64,000 nt of DNA from Thermoproteota archaeon. GTDB taxonomy: Archaea; Thermoproteota; Thermoprotei; Thermofilales; B9-G17. The notes beneath the pieces are model-generated. The model was not told where the DNA came from, searched no databases, and saw only the letters and a list, made by a program, of their open reading frames with translations. The translations under genes and the position numbers were made by a program. Shown piece after piece: positions 45,143 through 54,288 of the stretch (the first letter of the stretch is position 1; each line of letters starts with the position of its first letter). Location of the stretch: assembly GCA_029258885.1 (NCBI GenBank), contig JAPDJW010000003.1, forward strand, positions 1 through 64,000, in the 5' to 3' direction.

Positions 45143-45548
45143 GCTAGATATGTTGATAGCTTTCGTTAATAGAGCCGATAAGCTCCATACAGTGGCATCC
45201 GAAATCTTCGATAGAATCGCTAGGGGAAATCTTAAGAAAGTAGCAGTGCCTACGTCGGCATACATGGAGTATGAGCTGGTGCTTAAGTCGAAGGGTTATA
45301 ATGAAGATAAGGTGCGTGGGGATATTAAATCATTTAGGAGTATAAGAAACCTCGGCGAAATACCATTAACATCCCACGTTATCATAAAAGCTTCAAAACT
45401 AAGGATAGAGTATGGTTTATCATATTTTGACTCACTCCACGCAGCATCAGCTTTCTTTCATGATAAAACTGTAATATCAGTTGATAAAGCCTACGGTAAA
45501 ATACCCGAAATTAAGGCGTTAGATCCCAGATGCATTGCAGCGACATAA
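45129..45548 (+). CDS. vapC: PIN-domain toxin (VapC), pair 4
   Basis: IIELDML, YMEYE, SYFDSLHAA, SVDKAY. Confidence 0.9.
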   Translation: MPIIELDMLIAFVNRADKLHTVASEIFDRIARGNLKKVAVPTSAYMEYELVLKSKGYNEDKVRGDIKSFRSIRNLGEIPLTSHVIIKASKLRIEYGLSYFDSLHAASAFFHDKTVISVDKAYGKIPEIKALDPRCIAAT

Positions 45549-45572
45549 TATCTTTACTACATTATAACCTCC

Positions 45573-45902
45573 TTAGACCTTCATGTTGTCTTTCTTTATA
45601 GGCTGCATTATTTTGAGGAATATGTCGCTATATACTTTCCACCTTATTTTCTCGTACTCCGAGGTCTCCCACTCAAACCCCTCCAAATGTAGCTTGCATG
45701 GAAAATCAGGACATAGAAGGCAGTTTCTAACATTCCTTTCCATTAAACACGCTATATACTTACATGAATCCGCATGTGAATCGCATCCAGGGCATTTTCG
45801 TGCTCTATATGCGGGACAATATTCACATATAATTCCACAGTATGAGATAAATACATCCTTCACCTTAGGCATCCTACTCCCCAGGCGTTGAATTAAATAC
45901 AT
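45573..45902 (-). CDS. DUF3795-like Cys-rich protein
   Basis: SYCGIICEYCP...CPGC...C...C...NCLLCPDFPC. Confidence 0.75.
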   Translation of the reverse strand: MYLIQRLGSRMPKVKDVFISYCGIICEYCPAYRARKCPGCDSHADSCKYIACLMERNVRNCLLCPDFPCKLHLEGFEWETSEYEKIRWKVYSDIFLKIMQPIKKDNMKV

Positions 45903-45937
45903 TAAAGCTTTAATACTTTAAGTTTCACTACTAAAGT

Positions 45938-47335
45938 ATGCACGATAATCTACTGTATTTTATGACGTCAAGAATTCCACGCCATATAACCAGGCTGTAT
46001 AGGAGGGGCGAATTCTCCAAGGCAATAGTTCTCCTAAGGAGGCTTCTCGCATCCAATGGTAGGCTCAATGATGAATATAAAACCCGCATACTCTATGAAA
46101 TTGAAAGACTTAAGAGGATAAGGCTCGATTTCCGCTACACCAGGAGCGATGCATTGAAAATGCTTAGCGAGGAGATAAGGGACTTTAAGCCTAGCGAGTT
46201 TGACGAATGGATGAGGAGGGGATGCATAGATTATAGGGTTATCGACGGCGAAATATTGTTCTTTGAAAGGTTCATAGACAATCTCTTCAAACTGTGTCCG
46301 GATCTCAGGGAGAGGAGGGTTAAGCCTGAGGATGCGAGGAGGAGGGAGGCTAGGGAGAAGCTGTTTAAACATATAGAGGCCGTATCTACGGGTTCCGACG
46401 GATATAAGATGCCCGTGAGGAATAGGATTAAAATGACTATAAAGGTTAAGCCCAACGTTGTCCCCGAAGGGGAGGTTATAAGGTGCTGGATACCGTTCCC
46501 GAGGATATGTCCCCTACAGCCCGAGGTAAAGCTGTTATCAACCGATCCCGCAAGCTATATCCTCGCACCGGAAGATCATCTCCAGAGAACTATATACATG
46601 GAGCGTGAATCTAGGAGCGGTGAGCCGACCACCTTTACGGTTGAATACGAGTATACTGTACGGGCATTCTATAGGAGGATTAACCCGGATGAGGTTGAGG
46701 AATACGATGAAGGCAGCGATGTCTACCGTAGATATACGGCTGAAAAGCCACCTCACATATCCTTTACTAGGAGGCTTGAGGAGCTGGCATGGAAGATAGT
46801 TGATGGTGAGAGGAATCCATACTTGAAGGCGCTTAAAATAATGAAGTGGATAATAGGAAACGTTAGATACGCCTTTGCTTTCGAGTATTCAACTTATGAG
46901 AACATAAGCGAATATGTAGCGGAGCACAAGAGGGGAGACTGCGGCATGCAGGCGCTATTATTCATAACATTATGTAGGATTGTCGGTGTACCAGCTAGAT
47001 GGCAGTCCGGATGGTATGCGCACCCCGATAGACCAAGCCTACACGATTGGGCGCAGTTCTACGTAGAGCCCTATGGATGGCTGTATGCCGATCCATCTTT
47101 CGCGAACTCGATCACTAAGGAGAGGGGTAAGCTGGGTCTATTCTACTTCGGAAACATCGACCATTATAGGCTGGTGTTCAACAACGACATCTCAATACAG
47201 TTCTATCCGGAGAAGAAGTTCTTTAGGTCGGAGCCAGTTGACTCGCAGAGGGGAGAGCTGGAGTGGCGTGGAGGAAACCTATACTACGATAAATGGAAGT
47301 ATAAGCTGGAGCTCGTGAGGGTAAAGAATGGCTAA
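45938..47335 (+). CDS. Transglutaminase-like domain protein
   Basis: GDCGMQALLFITLCRIVGVPAR, HDWAQFY, WLYADP (Cys-His-Asp triad). Confidence 0.88.
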   Translation: MHDNLLYFMTSRIPRHITRLYRRGEFSKAIVLLRRLLASNGRLNDEYKTRILYEIERLKRIRLDFRYTRSDALKMLSEEIRDFKPSEFDEWMRRGCIDYRVIDGEILFFERFIDNLFKLCPDLRERRVKPEDARRREAREKLFKHIEAVSTGSDGYKMPVRNRIKMTIKVKPNVVPEGEVIRCWIPFPRICPLQPEVKLLSTDPASYILAPEDHLQRTIYMERESRSGEPTTFTVEYEYTVRAFYRRINPDEVEEYDEGSDVYRRYTAEKPPHISFTRRLEELAWKIVDGERNPYLKALKIMKWIIGNVRYAFAFEYSTYENISEYVAEHKRGDCGMQALLFITLCRIVGVPARWQSGWYAHPDRPSLHDWAQFYVEPYGWLYADPSFANSITKERGKLGLFYFGNIDHYRLVFNNDISIQFYPEKKFFRSEPVDSQRGELEWRGGNLYYDKWKYKLELVRVKNG

Positions 47336-47561
47336 GAAACACTACTACGTATACATATGCCCGAAGTGTAATCACAGCTTCATATCGACCTCTAACAGGG
47401 GATCGACGTGTAGGTACTGTGGGCATAAATGTAGGAGCGATGACGTAAAGTTCATCTATGACGATCTGGATAAGGCAAGACTAAAGAAAACACTACTAGA
47501 CATGGAGTACTTTAGAAAGAAAGGCAAAGGATTCAAAAGCCTAGGTGATTTCCTTGAGTAA
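47328..47561 (+). CDS. Small Zn-ribbon protein (DUF1922-like)
   Basis: CPKC...CRYCG; GFKSL tail. Confidence 0.6.
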   Translation: MAKKHYYVYICPKCNHSFISTSNRGSTCRYCGHKCRSDDVKFIYDDLDKARLKKTLLDMEYFRKKGKGFKSLGDFLE

Positions 47562-47835
47562 ATCCGATTCCAGATTTCTACTACTGCTTGCGATAGCAGC
47601 ACTAAACGATGCAGTAGACCTGCTCGCAATACTAAATCCGGTAGTGGAGACATTGCTAGATATACTTACAGCAATTCTAATATGCATAATACTCGGGGAA
47701 ATAAACCCATGGCTATTCCTAACAACAATACTGGACGCAATACCAGGAGTAGATTTCGCCCCAATATGGACACTATACGTAATCTACCGATACATATCAA
47801 AGAAAGCTAAAACATACAAGGTAAAAGTAGAATAG
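47545..47835 (+). CDS. Small membrane protein
   Basis: Hydrophobic 96-aa ORF with a DAIPGVDFAPIWT motif. Confidence 0.6.
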   Translation: MISLSKSDSRFLLLLAIAALNDAVDLLAILNPVVETLLDILTAILICIILGEINPWLFLTTILDAIPGVDFAPIWTLYVIYRYISKKAKTYKVKVE

Positions 47836-47978
47836 CATATCATTTCCACTATCTGTAGTTCATTTCATCTTGTGGCAATTTAAGCTTCTTGTGTTAAATA
47901 AAGACTCTGGAGCAGATGAACTTCAAGTTATAGTTAAGGCTATTAGGATGTGCCGCTATTCTCATAATTGGTGCTTGA

Positions 47979-48410
47979 ATGAGCGGTAAGTATCCGGAAC
48001 TACTGAAAAAGAGGGCTTTGAATGCATTAAAATGGGCTAATAAAGCCTACACGGATGGAGACTACGATACAGCTGTCCGGGAGGCTGAGTATGGAGTACA
48101 ACTGTATATTAAATCCGTTATCCACCGCGTGCTTGGAGAGGAGGTGCGGGGACATAATATACGTGAGCTACTGGGAGTACTCACTTCAGCCCTACTTGAG
48201 GAAGGACTCAGGGATGAGGCTGAATTACTGCTAGATTATGTTAGGAAACGTAGGCGTGAGCTGGCCGAATTATCCGATGCACATACCCGTGCTACCTACG
48301 GACTCACCGAATACGGGAGAAATGAGGCTAAGCTTCTACTTGAAATAGCGGAAAATATCGTTGATATGCTTAAGAAGCTGGAGGCGAAGGTATTTGGCGG
48401 GGAGGTTTAA
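47979..48410 (+). CDS. HEPN domain protein
   Basis: YDTAVREAEYGVQLYIKS, GHNIRELL, TRATY. Confidence 0.88.
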   Translation: MSGKYPELLKKRALNALKWANKAYTDGDYDTAVREAEYGVQLYIKSVIHRVLGEEVRGHNIRELLGVLTSALLEEGLRDEAELLLDYVRKRRRELAELSDAHTRATYGLTEYGRNEAKLLLEIAENIVDMLKKLEAKVFGGEV

Positions 48411-48723
48411 AAGTAGACTACTGTTGCTCCGCAGATGGAGAGAGATAGCAAATAAAGTTACAGAAGCTGTTAAGAGGCTATATCCTCAAGCAGAGGTCTA
48501 TCTTATAGGCGGTATAGCCGAGAATAGAGCCACCATAAATAGCGATGTTGACATAGCCATAGTTTTTAAGGAGCCCCTGGACAGAAGCCGAAGAATAGAC
48601 ATACTCACACATATATGGGAATTTATCGAGAGCGAGGTACCCATGTATTATCCGCTTGAAATACATATCTTAGAAGCCAAGGAATTTGGGAGAATAAGAG
48701 GCAGAAAGATAAAGTTATCGTAA
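48361..48723 (+). CDS. Minimal nucleotidyltransferase (MNT); probable start TTG 48394
   Basis: VYLIGGIAENRATINSDVDIAIV, LEIHI; overlaps the HEPN gene. Confidence 0.85.
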   Translation: MICLRSWRRRYLAGRFKSRLLLLRRWREIANKVTEAVKRLYPQAEVYLIGGIAENRATINSDVDIAIVFKEPLDRSRRIDILTHIWEFIESEVPMYYPLEIHILEAKEFGRIRGRKIKLS

Positions 48724-48839
48724 ACCAGCGGTAAGTTTACTCTAGGATTAGGGTACTATGGTTTTATACCAGTACCTCAGCCAGTATGGTACTCAGATTA
48801 TGAAGAACCGCCACTGAAGGAATGGTGTCTCTAATGGGG

Positions 48840-49577
48840 TTACTTCTCAAGAAGCTTACCTATCTCCTTTTTCCGCTCTTTAAACTGAGATTTATAGTTT
48901 CTCTCAGCCTCAATCCTCGCCCTAGCTACTGCCTTCTCTACAAGCTCCTTAACCTCCTCATATAGGTACCACTTATCGACTTTTTCACCGCTGCATGCTA
49001 GGTAAATTGTTCTACCGACGTTATAGGCATCCATAATTCTATTAAAATCGTCTAGGACATTCCCCTTATCGTGATAGTACGCCAGAGCCCACGGCGGAAT
49101 TAAGGCACCCATACTATTCAACACCGAATACATCAGGGATATCGTCTGAATAGTCCCACTATCATTACCGACAGCTATTATACCGCAAACCTTACCCTCA
49201 AGCCAGCTCCTACCGTCGATATAGATCATGTTTTCAAAGGCTGTAAGTCTATCAAGCATCGACTTAACTAGCGTCGACGGGGAATACCAGTAGACAGGAG
49301 TCGCAACGATAAACCCATCGCATTCAAGAATCATGTCGTAGATCTTCTTCATATCGTCTTCGATGACGCATGGATAGCGGCAGGCTAGAATATTGTCTGA
49401 GACGCATCCGATACAGGGCTTTATATTGTAGTCGTAGAGGTGAATAAGCTTAACTTCGCCGCCGAGATCCCTAACAGCTGATAGAGCCACGTAGAGCATC
49501 TTAAAGGTATTACCGTACTTCCTAGGTGATCCGTTAATACCTAAAATCCTGACAACCATAGACGCCACCAGCAACAA
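48840..49577 (-). CDS. Flavodoxin-like iron-sulfur flavoprotein / NADPH-dependent FMN reductase
   Basis: GSPRKYGNT, CIGC...C, IEDDM, TPVYW, LDRL. Confidence 0.88.
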   Translation of the reverse strand: MLLVASMVVRILGINGSPRKYGNTFKMLYVALSAVRDLGGEVKLIHLYDYNIKPCIGCVSDNILACRYPCVIEDDMKKIYDMILECDGFIVATPVYWYSPSTLVKSMLDRLTAFENMIYIDGRSWLEGKVCGIIAVGNDSGTIQTISLMYSVLNSMGALIPPWALAYYHDKGNVLDDFNRIMDAYNVGRTIYLACSGEKVDKWYLYEEVKELVEKAVARARIEAERNYKSQFKERKKEIGKLLEK

Positions 49578-49859
49578 TGGTTATAAGAAGAACAACACAA
49601 CATTAAACGAGTTAGCAATATATATCTTTCCCTAAAGCTCTGCCACTATTTAGGATTCAGGGGGCTGGAGACTATTAAAAGACTAAGTAATGATGGGGAG
49701 GTAAGGATAAGGGCATTAACGGTAGCCATCGATCTAGACGGACAGGCAGAAGGTATTCTTAGGAAAGTCAAGCAGATAAAATCGGCATTCAATATCTGGA
49801 CCTTTAGGATAGCTTTAAAACCTACAGTCTTCAGCGCAGATCTATTTAAAGATGCTTCA

Positions 49860-50726
49860 ATGAAGTGTAGGAGTCTAGGCTACGACTGTATTTCGATACC
49901 GTTATCTGTAGATGAGGATTTCGTGGAGGTTGCGGATGAGCTGAGAAAACATAGCAACCTTTACATTAGCTTTAACGTTAGAAAACTTACTCTTGAAACT
50001 ATTCCTTCATTAGCTAGAAGATATCATGAGGCACTAGTTTACCTTAGGGATTGTGAAGACTACTTTACTCAAACAAGGATATGTTTAACTATTAGAGGTC
50101 CTCTTTCAACACCATATTTTCCATCAGCATCCTACTTAGGCAGCAAACCCTACTATTCTGTAGCATTACTCTATGCAGATTATCTATATGAAAATCGTCT
50201 AAATATACCCGAGGCAATCTTAGCCGCATACAATGGTGTAGTCGGAAGCCTACTTAAAGAACTAGAGGATTCCGGATTAGAGTTTAGAGGAGTGGATTTA
50301 TCTATTTCGCCTTGGATGGAGGAGAGCGCTGCTAAGCTTGTACTTGAAGATAATGGCATAAGTTTATTAAAAATATTTGAAGTAAATAATGTGCTTAGAA
50401 GTATCGCCGAAAAGGTAAAGGCATGCGGTTTCAATGAGTTAATGTTACCCCTAGCGGAGGATAACGTTCTTAAGGCTCTTGTAGAGGAAGGGAAGATTAA
50501 GGCTAGAGATTTCATATACTACTCCAGTGTATGCGTAGCGGGTGTAGATATGGTTCCATTACCTAAGGCAGATGATGGGAAGCTGTTAAGATATATCAAG
50601 TGGACTCTAATGGCAGCTCTAGTTAAAAACAGGGTTTACGGTATAAGACTAATATATACGAACAGTAGATCGGGGGAAAAGATCGAGTTAGGAAAGTTTC
50701 TGGAGACTCCTGTGACATGCTTATAG
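49860..50726 (+). CDS. DUF711 family protein (family-like sequence extends upstream to about 49698)
   Basis: GVDLSISPW, GFNELMLPLAED, SSVCVAGVDMVP; upstream in-frame VRIRALTVAI lacks a canonical start. Confidence 0.8.
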   Translation: MKCRSLGYDCISIPLSVDEDFVEVADELRKHSNLYISFNVRKLTLETIPSLARRYHEALVYLRDCEDYFTQTRICLTIRGPLSTPYFPSASYLGSKPYYSVALLYADYLYENRLNIPEAILAAYNGVVGSLLKELEDSGLEFRGVDLSISPWMEESAAKLVLEDNGISLLKIFEVNNVLRSIAEKVKACGFNELMLPLAEDNVLKALVEEGKIKARDFIYYSSVCVAGVDMVPLPKADDGKLLRYIKWTLMAALVKNRVYGIRLIYTNSRSGEKIELGKFLETPVTCL

Positions 50727-50775
50727 CGATAATGTATATTAGTAATGATGTTCTATAGAGGCTTAGTGATTTAAC

Positions 50776-51471
50776 TTGAATGCTATGGAGAGGGTTTTCA
50801 GGGCTATTGAGAAGGCTACTAGGGGAGGCAGATTTAAGCCTAGGATGAGGATACTCTATACGCTTACCGACGATACGTATTCTCACCTGCTCTTTGAAGC
50901 ATTCATAAAGTACGAGAGGAAGTTCCCTTATGTTGAGATTGAGGTCTTATTCGTGGATGAGGGGTTAGGCAGGGACATTAATTCTGTAAGGAAATTCTGT
51001 GAAGAACTGGATTTAAAACTTAATATAGTGTCATTCAGGGACGTATTTAACGTGGATCTTCAACATCTCCAAGGTTCCTGGATTTTCCCTGATAAATGCT
51101 TCCTATGTAGATATCTGAAGAGGCTTATTATGGTACGATACATGAAGAACTATGGCTTCGATATAGTGGTTCTAGGAACATATCTAGAGCGCTTCATTGT
51201 AAATAGTATATTGGAACTAGTGTTGAAGCCTAGGATAATTAATATATTTAATGATTATATTGCCGAGCCTTTTAGAAGAGTTTCCCTGAGCGATATTGAA
51301 AGGATCGCTGACGATAGAGGGATTAAGTTGAAAAGCTTTAAATGTCCGCTTAAGAGCAGAATAGAGTTAACGTGCAAGAAATACGTGAATGAAATTCTTG
51401 ATAAAGGATATTTTCCGAAATACGCGATGGCTAAAGGGTTTGAGGAAGTAGCTAAAAGGATTAAACCTTAA
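50776..51471 (+). CDS. TtuA/Ncs6/TtcA-like protein lacking the PP-loop
   Basis: Collinear motifs VDEGLG, IVSF, CFLC, KR, EPF, CP; SGGKDS replaced by TDDTYS and TGHNLDD by LGTYLER. Confidence 0.7.
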   Translation: MNAMERVFRAIEKATRGGRFKPRMRILYTLTDDTYSHLLFEAFIKYERKFPYVEIEVLFVDEGLGRDINSVRKFCEELDLKLNIVSFRDVFNVDLQHLQGSWIFPDKCFLCRYLKRLIMVRYMKNYGFDIVVLGTYLERFIVNSILELVLKPRIINIFNDYIAEPFRRVSLSDIERIADDRGIKLKSFKCPLKSRIELTCKKYVNEILDKGYFPKYAMAKGFEEVAKRIKP

Positions 51472-51513
51472 ATTTCTATTAACAAATATATTCCTCTCGA
51501 CATTGCGGTTAAA

Positions 51514-51978
51514 GTGGTAAACATGGATCTACTGCTAAATATCGTAGCAAAATATGGTTTAATAGGCTTATTCATACTCACCATAGTTCAATCCATTATA
51601 CCGCCTATACCAAGCGATCTCATAGTATTCTCACTCACCTTACTAAAGGTGAATCCATCTCTAGCAACAATAGTCTCTACAGCTGGCTTAACCATAGGCT
51701 CAGCCATAAACTACTATGTAGGCCTAAAGGGCTTAAGAAAAATAGTCGTCAAACTACTCAATAGGAAGAGCGTAGCTAAGGCTGAGGAAATAATAGAAAA
51801 ACACGGTGTAAAAGCCGTATTTGTCCTCCGACTAATACCGCTAGTCTCAATAGATGCAGTCTCTTATGCTGCTGGAGTACTGAGGCTAGACTTCAAAAAA
51901 TTCATCCTAGCAAGCATTCCGGGAATAGCCGTCCGTATGGCAGTCGTAAGCTTTCTAGGATACAGCATTCCACTATAA
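51514..51978 (+). CDS. VTT/DedA (SNARE-associated) membrane protein
   Basis: PPIPSD, TIGSAINYYVG, LRLIPLVSIDAVSYAAG. Confidence 0.9.
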   Translation: MVNMDLLLNIVAKYGLIGLFILTIVQSIIPPIPSDLIVFSLTLLKVNPSLATIVSTAGLTIGSAINYYVGLKGLRKIVVKLLNRKSVAKAEEIIEKHGVKAVFVLRLIPLVSIDAVSYAAGVLRLDFKKFILASIPGIAVRMAVVSFLGYSIPL

Positions 51979-52095
51979 TATCCTATTCATTCTAGCTACC
52001 TATTGAAGAATTCTTCCATCTACAATATATATGGTAATTAATATATTTTAGGTAAATTTAAATATTCTTCCATTCTAGTATTTATTGGTGATTAA

Positions 52096-52326
52096 GTGGA
52101 ATCCATAGTTAAAATGGATAAGCAGGGCAGAATATTAATCCCCATCGAAATTAGGAAGAAGATTAGTTCAAGAGTCTTTATAGTAAACATAAGCAATGAT
52201 GAAATAATATTAAAACCTATTAAGGATACTAAGTTGACAGATTTCTTCGACAGTATTGAAGTGGACGTAGACGACTTTACGGATACTCATAAGCTACGTA
52301 AAGCCCTACTAGAGGGAAGAAAATGA
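52096..52326 (+). CDS. vapB: AbrB-family antitoxin (VapB), pair 5
   Basis: KMDKQGRILIPIEIRK; ATGA overlap with the PIN gene. Confidence 0.9.
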   Translation: MESIVKMDKQGRILIPIEIRKKISSRVFIVNISNDEIILKPIKDTKLTDFFDSIEVDVDDFTDTHKLRKALLEGRK

Positions 52327-52748
52327 GGTTTATCGATTCAAGCGTCTTCCTACATGCATTTCTCAAGCCAAGGAGAAGATTAAGTCCTAGGGAGGCTACG
52401 ATTAAAGCCGAGGCTAAAAGAATAATAAAGCGAATTGACGAGGAAGAAGAAAACGTAGCAACTACGGTTGTTCACTTAAGCGAGGTTGTAAATATCATTG
52501 AAGCTAGGCATGGGCTTCAGAAAAGCCTAAGTTTTCTCGCTAGAATACTGAAACTGGAGAATGTTGAAGTTCTCGGTGTAACAGCGAGAGATTATGAGAA
52601 GGCCTTAATTTTTTCAGAAAAATACTATGTAAGCATAAATGATGCACTGGCCTACGTTAAAATGGTAGGCTCGGGAGTAAATGAAATATATACGTTTGAC
52701 AGACACTTTAAAAATATCCCTGGAATAATTATCCTTCCAAAGGTTTAG
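52323..52748 (+). CDS. vapC: PIN-domain toxin (VapC), pair 5
   Basis: FIDSSVF, HLSEVVN, INDALAY, TFDRHF. Confidence 0.92.
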   Translation: MRFIDSSVFLHAFLKPRRRLSPREATIKAEAKRIIKRIDEEEENVATTVVHLSEVVNIIEARHGLQKSLSFLARILKLENVEVLGVTARDYEKALIFSEKYYVSINDALAYVKMVGSGVNEIYTFDRHFKNIPGIIILPKV

Positions 52749-52811
52749 ATTAAAATTTCTTGATAACGAAATTGTCAAAGACCTGCACTCAGGGGGAGGA
52801 GGAAAAGGTTT

Positions 52812-52832
52812 AAATTTGACGCAGTCAAATTT
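52812..52832 (+). promoter_or_regulatory. Perfect palindrome AAATTTGAC-GCA-GTCAAATTT; candidate operator of the in-operon metal regulator
   Basis: 9-bp arms overlapping a TTTAAA box, upstream of the metal ABC operon. Confidence 0.7.
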
Positions 52833-52848
52833 TATTATATAAAATTAA

Positions 52849-53862
52849 TTGGGTGCAGATATGAGAGGTCATATAGCAGCTACTTTAATACTTTTAGTGA
52901 TACTATCTGCTATTAGTAATGTAGGATCTGGGTTGAAGGGAATAGTCGTAGCTGCGTCTATAGAGCCCCTTGCAGCTATAGCCTCTGAAATATGCGGAGC
53001 CATGGGGGATGTTCTTGTGCTTGTTCCTGAGGGAGTTGAACCCCATGCCTTCCAGCTTACTCCGGACGTTATTAAGGTAGCTGAGTCTGCGGATCTGATA
53101 GTCCATACCGGTCACATGAGCTGGGAATTTAAGCTCGTGAACGTTACGGGTAAGCCTTCGGTTGGCTTGGATGAATACCTGGCGTATGGTTTGAACTTAT
53201 CCTATATTCCAGGTACAGGCGATTTGAATCTCCATGGGTACTGGCTTAAAGTCGAAAATTCAATCGCCATAGCTAGGGCTATAGCCCATAAGCTTGCGGA
53301 GATAGATCCAGGTAATGCTGAATTCTATATGGATAACTTGAAGCATTTTGAGAATAAGGTTAAGGCATTAAAGTCCTTTATTGAAAGCACTGTGGAATCA
53401 TACGGTATAAATGGCGTAAAGGTTATAGTAACCTTTCCGGCTGAGGCATATGTTGCCGAATCATTTAGTCTGGAGCCCGTAGCCTCAATAGTTAAGGGAC
53501 CTAACCTATTCATATCTGGAAGCGAGCTATATAGGGTTTCGGAGATGCTTAAAAACGGTTCGGTTAAGCTAATTCTTTTATCGAAGTTATCTCAGAAGAT
53601 GAAGGCAGTCGAGTACGCTTATCAGCTCTCAAGGGATACTGGGGTAAAAATAGCCTATGTGAGGACTATAAGTATTCAAGGTTTAAATGACTATTTCGGT
53701 CTAGTAACGTATAACCTAGGGTCGATAGTCTCAGCTCTCAGTAGCTCATCATCCAATACTAGTAGCATAAATGAGGTTTACTACCTAGTTACAATAGTTT
53801 TATTAACCCTTATATCCGTAGTCGAGCTGATAATAATATTTAGGTTGAAGGTGATGATATGA
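52849..53862 (+). CDS. Zn/Mn ABC transporter substrate-binding protein (ZnuA/TroA family), C-terminally anchored
   Basis: VPEGVEPHAFQLTP, NLHGYWL, IAHKLAEIDP.N...Y..N; C-terminal TM helix. Confidence 0.88.
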   Translation: MGADMRGHIAATLILLVILSAISNVGSGLKGIVVAASIEPLAAIASEICGAMGDVLVLVPEGVEPHAFQLTPDVIKVAESADLIVHTGHMSWEFKLVNVTGKPSVGLDEYLAYGLNLSYIPGTGDLNLHGYWLKVENSIAIARAIAHKLAEIDPGNAEFYMDNLKHFENKVKALKSFIESTVESYGINGVKVIVTFPAEAYVAESFSLEPVASIVKGPNLFISGSELYRVSEMLKNGSVKLILLSKLSQKMKAVEYAYQLSRDTGVKIAYVRTISIQGLNDYFGLVTYNLGSIVSALSSSSSNTSSINEVYYLVTIVLLTLISVVELIIIFRLKVMI

Positions 53863-54281
53863 GCGTTAAACCTTCTAGGAGGGAACTAGACTACATAGTA
53901 GTTCTCTACGAGCTCGAAGCTATTCCGGGTACTAATAAGCTTGTAGGTCCTCAAATAATCTCAAAGAAGCTAGGTGTAGATCCATCCACAGCCGTCATAA
54001 TGCTTAAGAAGCTATATAGGAAGGGCTACGTCAAGTATAGGCGCAGAAGAGGCTATGCCCTGACAGTTAAGGGCTTAAAGGTTGTTGAGGAGGTAGTCTG
54101 GAGGCATAGGATCCTAGAGGTATTCTACGTCGAATACCTAGGGCTTGAAGTCGAGGAGGCATGCTGTTTAGCTAGGGAGACCGACCTACACACCCCCGTA
54201 CAGGTCATAGAGAGGCTTTCAAAGTACATAGGCAAGCCTAAGTGCTGTCCCCATGGTAAGCCGATACCTTATCCGAGGTGA
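53859..54281 (+). CDS. DtxR/MntR/TroR-family metal-dependent regulator
   Basis: ISKKLGVDPSTAVIMLKKL, LTVKG, RHRILE, CCPHGKPIP. Confidence 0.9.
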   Translation: MSVKPSRRELDYIVVLYELEAIPGTNKLVGPQIISKKLGVDPSTAVIMLKKLYRKGYVKYRRRRGYALTVKGLKVVEEVVWRHRILEVFYVEYLGLEVEEACCLARETDLHTPVQVIERLSKYIGKPKCCPHGKPIPYPR

Positions 54282-54288
54282 GGGCTAA

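Noticed and set aside
48724-48839. AUGAAGA...CUGA, possible C/D box sRNA
   Set aside because: Only 7 nt between the boxes and no second C'/D pair.
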